Positions 60,693-64,000 of a stretch of 64,000 bases of DNA are shown here, in pieces. Every line of letters starts with the position of its first letter. The stretch's first letter is position 1. Where the stretch lies: positions 10,040 through 74,039 of the forward strand of contig CAVYOA010000006.1 of assembly GCA_963769945.1 (NCBI GenBank). The letters run 5' to 3'. A program made the translations under genes and the position numbers. The notes under the pieces are model-generated. The model saw only the letters and a program-made list of their open reading frames with translations. It was not told the origin of the DNA and made no database searches. This stretch comes from an uncultured Solirubrobacterales bacterium (lineage in GTDB: Bacteria; Actinomycetota; Thermoleophilia; Solirubrobacterales; 70-9).

Positions 60693-62135
60693 GCCGCGAC
60701 GATCCTGGGGACCGGTGGCGGCACCTGTGGGTTCATACCCCGCCGAGCGCCGCGATGTCCCCAGGACTACATGTGCCCTGTGGATCGCCAGCGCGGTTTC
60801 GGACCCGGGTTCGAGTTTGGTCGAGATGCTGCGCACAGCATGCAGGACGGTGGTGTGATCGCGATCGAAGCCGCGAGCGATCTCCGTCAGCGAGAGCGAA
60901 GTCAGTTCGCGCGCCAGGTACATCGCGATCTGTCGCGCCCGCGCGATCTTGACCGAGCGCCGGGGCGAGATCAGCTCCTCGCGGCTGAGGCCATTGAGCT
61001 CGCAGACTGTGTCCTGAATCGCCGTCAGGGTCGGCGTTCGTGCGCCTGAAGGCACCTGCTCAGCACCCGCCTGACCGAGCGCCCGACGCACGACTGGAGC
61101 CGAGAGCGGCTCGCTCAGCAGGGAGGCGACGGCGAGCACCCTCGTCATCGCACCCTCTAATACGCGGACGTTCTCGGGCACCCTCGTGGCGATCTCGTGC
61201 AGGACCCCCGGCTCGGGTAGATCGGGGCTGGAATCGGAGGCCATGCGCCACAAGAGCGCGATCCTGGTCGGCAGGTCGGGTGGCTCGAGCTCGACCTGAA
61301 GGCCCCAGCGAAAGCGGTCGCGCAGGCGCTCCGCGAGCTGGGAGAGCGCCTCGGGGGGACGATCGCTGGAGAGCACTATCTGCTTACCCTGGCCGTAGAG
61401 GGTGTTGAAGGTGTGGACGAACTCCTCCTCGGTGCGCGCCTTTCCCTCGAGCACCTGAACGTCGTCGATCAGCAGCACATCGAGATCGCGATAGCGAGCC
61501 TTGAACGCCTCAGAGCCGTCGCGCCGAAGCGCAGTGACGAAGTCGGTCGTGAACCGCTCGGCGGTCGTGTAATGGACGGTGAGCTCGGGGTGGTTGCGGC
61601 TCAGGTAACCGGCGATCGCTCCGAGCAGATGTGTCTTTCCAAGTCCTGGGGGCCCGTGTAGGAACAGCGGGTTGTAGGCCTCACCCGGAAGCTCGGCGAC
61701 GGCAAGCGCAGCGGCGTGGGCAAGCCGGTTGGCCGGCCCGATGACGAAGCGGTCGAAGCTGTGGGCGCAATCGAGCGGCAGCGACGCCGGTGCAGCCGAG
61801 TCGACTTCGGCCGCGGGCGCACGAGCGCCGTCGCCGCGATCGGTGTCCACGAACTCGATCTCGGTCAGGGTGGTCTTCTGAGCCGCAACGATCGAGGCAA
61901 TCCGCGCCGCATAGCGACGCTCGACCCAAGCGCGCACCGACGGCGGGGCACTGAGAAACATCGTCGAGCCGTGGGCCGAGACGACGCGCAGCGGCTCCAG
62001 CCATAGCTTGTACGTCGACTCTGGAAGGGAGGCCTCGAGCTCGTCTCGCACCCGCCTCCACAGACTCGTGAGCTCGTCGGAAGGGGGCTCGGCAGACACG
62101 CCGATCGACCATACATACGAGCCTCGCCGGCGCAT
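60690..62135 (-). CDS. dnaA: chromosomal replication initiator protein DnaA
   Basis: Has Walker A GPPGLGKTHLL, Walker B LLIDDVQ, and the C-terminal DNA-binding signature ...FDRDHTTVLHAV. The start is uncertain: ATG 62174, ATG 62135 or GTG 62099. Confidence 0.9.
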   Translation of the reverse strand: MRRRGSYVWSIGVSAEPPSDELTSLWRRVRDELEASLPESTYKLWLEPLRVVSAHGSTMFLSAPPSVRAWVERRYAARIASIVAAQKTTLTEIEFVDTDRGDGARAPAAEVDSAAPASLPLDCAHSFDRFVIGPANRLAHAAALAVAELPGEAYNPLFLHGPPGLGKTHLLGAIAGYLSRNHPELTVHYTTAERFTTDFVTALRRDGSEAFKARYRDLDVLLIDDVQVLEGKARTEEEFVHTFNTLYGQGKQIVLSSDRPPEALSQLAERLRDRFRWGLQVELEPPDLPTRIALLWRMASDSSPDLPEPGVLHEIATRVPENVRVLEGAMTRVLAVASLLSEPLSAPVVRRALGQAGAEQVPSGARTPTLTAIQDTVCELNGLSREELISPRRSVKIARARQIAMYLARELTSLSLTEIARGFDRDHTTVLHAVRSISTKLEPGSETALAIHRAHVVLGTSRRSAGYEPTGAATGPQDRRG

Positions 62136-62240
62136 GGTCGCACCTCGCATTTCGCGGGAAAGACGCGCGCGCATCGGTTCGGGCAGCTATCGCCCGGGGC
62201 AATCGGGCACGGGTGACGATCATCTACACTGCCCGATCCG

Positions 62241-62375
62241 ATGAAGCGCACCTGGCAGCCGAAGAAGCGCAAGCGCGCCCGAACGCACGGGTTTCGCGCT
62301 CGGATGCGCACGCGCTCGGGTCGCGACGTGATCCGTCGGCGGCGGTCCAAGGGCCGCAAGCGCCTCACCCCCTAA
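62241..62375 (+). CDS. rpmH: 50S ribosomal protein L34
   Basis: Not in the ORF track (44 aa). Manual translation gives [44 protein letters not shown], then TAA. Canonical L34, divergent from dnaA. Confidence 0.95.
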   Translation: MKRTWQPKKRKRARTHGFRARMRTRSGRDVIRRRRSKGRKRLTP

Positions 62376-62384
62376 CGCTTGCTG

Positions 62385-62756
62385 ATGAGCGACCGCAAGA
62401 AGCGCGGCAGGCTGTCGCGCTCGGGTGACTTCGACCGCGTCTACCGCGAAGGGCGCTCGCACGGCAACCGCTTTCTCGTCGTGCATTCGTTCCCGCGCGG
62501 CAGCTCGGCCGCAGGCGACGACGTTCGGCTCGGGATCTCGGTCAGCCGCAAGGTCGGAGGCGCGGTCCAGCGAAACGCGGTCAAGCGCGCCCTTCGCGAG
62601 GCGTTCTGGCAGCTCGACGAGAGCCTGCCTGGTGACTATGACTTCGTCCTCGTCGCTCGCCCCGACGCTGCAGGTCTGGTTGAGCGTGAGGGCACGCCTG
62701 GAGTCAGCAACGCTCTCCGCGAGCTCCTCGGCGAGTCAGGCCTGAAAGCGGCGTAA
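62385..62756 (+). CDS. rnpA: ribonuclease P protein component
   Basis: Has DFDRVYREGRS, RLGISVSRKVGGAVQRNAVKRALREAF (RNR motif region) and DFVLVARP. Start is the ATG at 62385 (or the TTG at 62379). Confidence 0.9.
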   Translation: MSDRKKRGRLSRSGDFDRVYREGRSHGNRFLVVHSFPRGSSAAGDDVRLGISVSRKVGGAVQRNAVKRALREAFWQLDESLPGDYDFVLVARPDAAGLVEREGTPGVSNALRELLGESGLKAA

Positions 62757-62759
62757 CAC

Positions 62760-63099
62760 GTGAAACGCTCGTCCCATGCGCCGAATCGCCGCTTCGGCCG
62801 CATCGCAAGCGCGCTCGCCGAGCTCGCCCTGTTGCCGGTCCACCTTTACCGGCGTCTGATCTCCCCGGCCCTGCCGCAGCGCTGCAAGTACTACCCAAGT
62901 TGCTCTACATACACGGTGCAGGCGGTGCGCGAGCTCGGCGATCGCCCGCGGCACTGTTGTCGCCGCTTGGCGGCTTGCCCGCTGCAACCCATGGAGCCAC
63001 GGCGGCGTCGACGAGCTTGCCGACCGCGCCCTGTTTCGCGAGCATGACGGCGATTGCGCCGGCGATCATCGCCCAACAACGCCGAGGGCACCCGCGTGA
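62760..63099 (+). pseudogene. yidD: membrane protein insertion efficiency factor YidD, 1 frameshift (or assembly indel)
   Basis: ORF 62760..63047 gives LLPVHLYRRLISPALPQRCKYYPSCSTYTVQAVRELG and then nonsense. Shifting by one base near 62938 gives IARGTVVAAWRLARCNPWSHGGVDEL..., the conserved YidD C-terminus. That reading ends at the TGA at 63097-63099, overlapping the yidC start. The span length is 340 nt. Confidence 0.75.
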
Positions 63100-63840
63100 T
63101 GGTCCTGGCGAACATCTTGCAGCCGCTGATCGATGCGGCTGAGGCGGTGCTCTTCTTCTTCCGCGATGACGTCGGCGTCTCCTGGGGCATGGCGATCGTC
63201 GGGCTCACCTTCGTCACCCGCCTGCTGATCCTGCCGCTCTCGGTCAAGCAGATCCGCTCGATGCGCCACCTACAGCAGCACGCGCCCGAGCTCAAGGCGC
63301 TGCAGGAGAAATACAAGGGCGACAAGGAACGCCTGCAGCGCGAGATGATGGGCTTCTACCGCGAGAACAAGATCAATCCCCTTGCCTCGTGCTGGCCGCT
63401 GCTGCTCCAGCTCCCAGTCTTCTTCGCCCTGTTTCAGCTCCTGCAGGGCGACTCGTTCAAGGAGGACGTCGAGAGCGATCCCCCGGTCAGCTTTCTCTTC
63501 ATCGACAACCTCGTCGAGAAGGCCACCGGCTCAGAGCTCGTGATCCTGATCTTCCTCTTCATCGCAACGCAGCTCGGCGCCGGCCTGGTCATGTCCTCGC
63601 GAGTTCAAGACCGAAACCAGAAGATCATCATGTTCGCGCTACCTGTCGTCTTCGCCCCTTTCATCGCCACCCAGGCTGCCGGCCTGGCCGTGTACTGGAT
63701 CTCCACCAACATCTGGACCCTGGGTCAACAGCTGGTCGTGACCTCCTTCTTTCCCTGCGCCGACCCCACCCACGGTTGAGGAGATCCAGGCGAAACGCCC
63801 ACCCCCGGCGCCGCCGCGAAAGAAGAAGAAACGCAAGTGA
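63099..63840 (+). CDS. yidC: membrane protein insertase YidC (short Gram-positive type); the 3' tail needs a frame correction
   Basis: Has ILPLSVKQIRSMRHLQQHAPELKALQEKYKGDKERLQREMMGFYRENKINPLASCWPLLLQLPVFFALF and AAGLAVYWISTNIWTLGQQ. The listed frame stops at 63779. The +1 frame reads APTPPTVEEIQAKRPPPAPPRKKKKRK with preferred AAG codons and ends in a TGA overlapping the next GTG. The shift lies within ttctttccc near 63745. Confidence 0.85.
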
Positions 63841-64000
63841 GCGCCGACCTCGACGACCCCGGCGCAGTTCCCGACGAGCCGATCGAGCGAGTTGAGGCGG
63901 TGCTCGAGGAGGTCCTCGACGCGCTCGACCTCGAAAGCACGCTCGAGGTGGTCGAGCACGACACCGAGATCGAGGCCAAGGTCGACGGCGAGGACCTAGG
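63837..64000 (+). CDS. khpB: Jag/KhpB (R3H/KH RNA-binding) protein, N-terminal fragment running off the window
   Basis: The GTG at 63837 overlaps the corrected yidC stop. VSADLDDPGAVPDEPIERVEAVLEEVLDALDLESTLEVVEHDTEIEAKVDGEDL resembles the Jag_N domain. It occupies the conserved position after yidC. Confidence 0.6.
   Translation, partial: MSADLDDPGAVPDEPIERVEAVLEEVLDALDLESTLEVVEHDTEIEAKVDGEDL

Overview
Very GC-rich (by eye about 70%) bacterial chromosome segment with Actinomycetota-like gene content and order. It covers the replication-origin neighbourhood. The right third holds dnaA-dnaN-recF-DUF721(DciA-like)-gyrB-gyrA on the minus strand, diverging from rpmH-rnpA-yidD-yidC-jag on the plus strand. 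Left of that lies the conserved cell-division and signalling cluster fhaA-fhaB-pstP-rodA-pbpA-pknB, here extended by a translationally coupled ddl and flanked by two further Hanks kinases. The middle holds two envelope-glycan clusters. One has a priming sugar transferase, GT2/GT1 glycosyltransferases and GNAT/FemAB-like genes. The other has CapD dehydratase, two LytR_C proteins, an O-antigen-ligase-like protein and a Wzx-like flippase. Nearby are dedA-uppP-purM and an ArsR/SRPBCC pair. The left 14 kb holds a MoxR-DUF58-transglutaminase module, a penicillin-acylase-like gene, a metallophosphoesterase and housekeeping genes (metF, SDR, ABC ATPase). I found no rRNA, tRNA, CRISPR array, transposase or integrase. 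I did not find a clearly new multi-gene system. The most notable observations are: (1) about 25 reading-frame lesions concentrated in a few genes, mostly in the first 13.7 kb, while interleaved genes are intact; (2) a roughly 350-nt structured untranslated leader with a near-consensus promoter ahead of moxR; (3) a ydaO/c-di-AMP-riboswitch-like element ahead of a cell-wall amidase; (4) fhaA apparently starting at ATC; (5) a proteobacterial-type insertion of about 170 aa in GyrB; (6) very short intergenic spaces around dnaA with only a few DnaA boxes. All calls come from reading the translations and sequence by eye. No database search was run.
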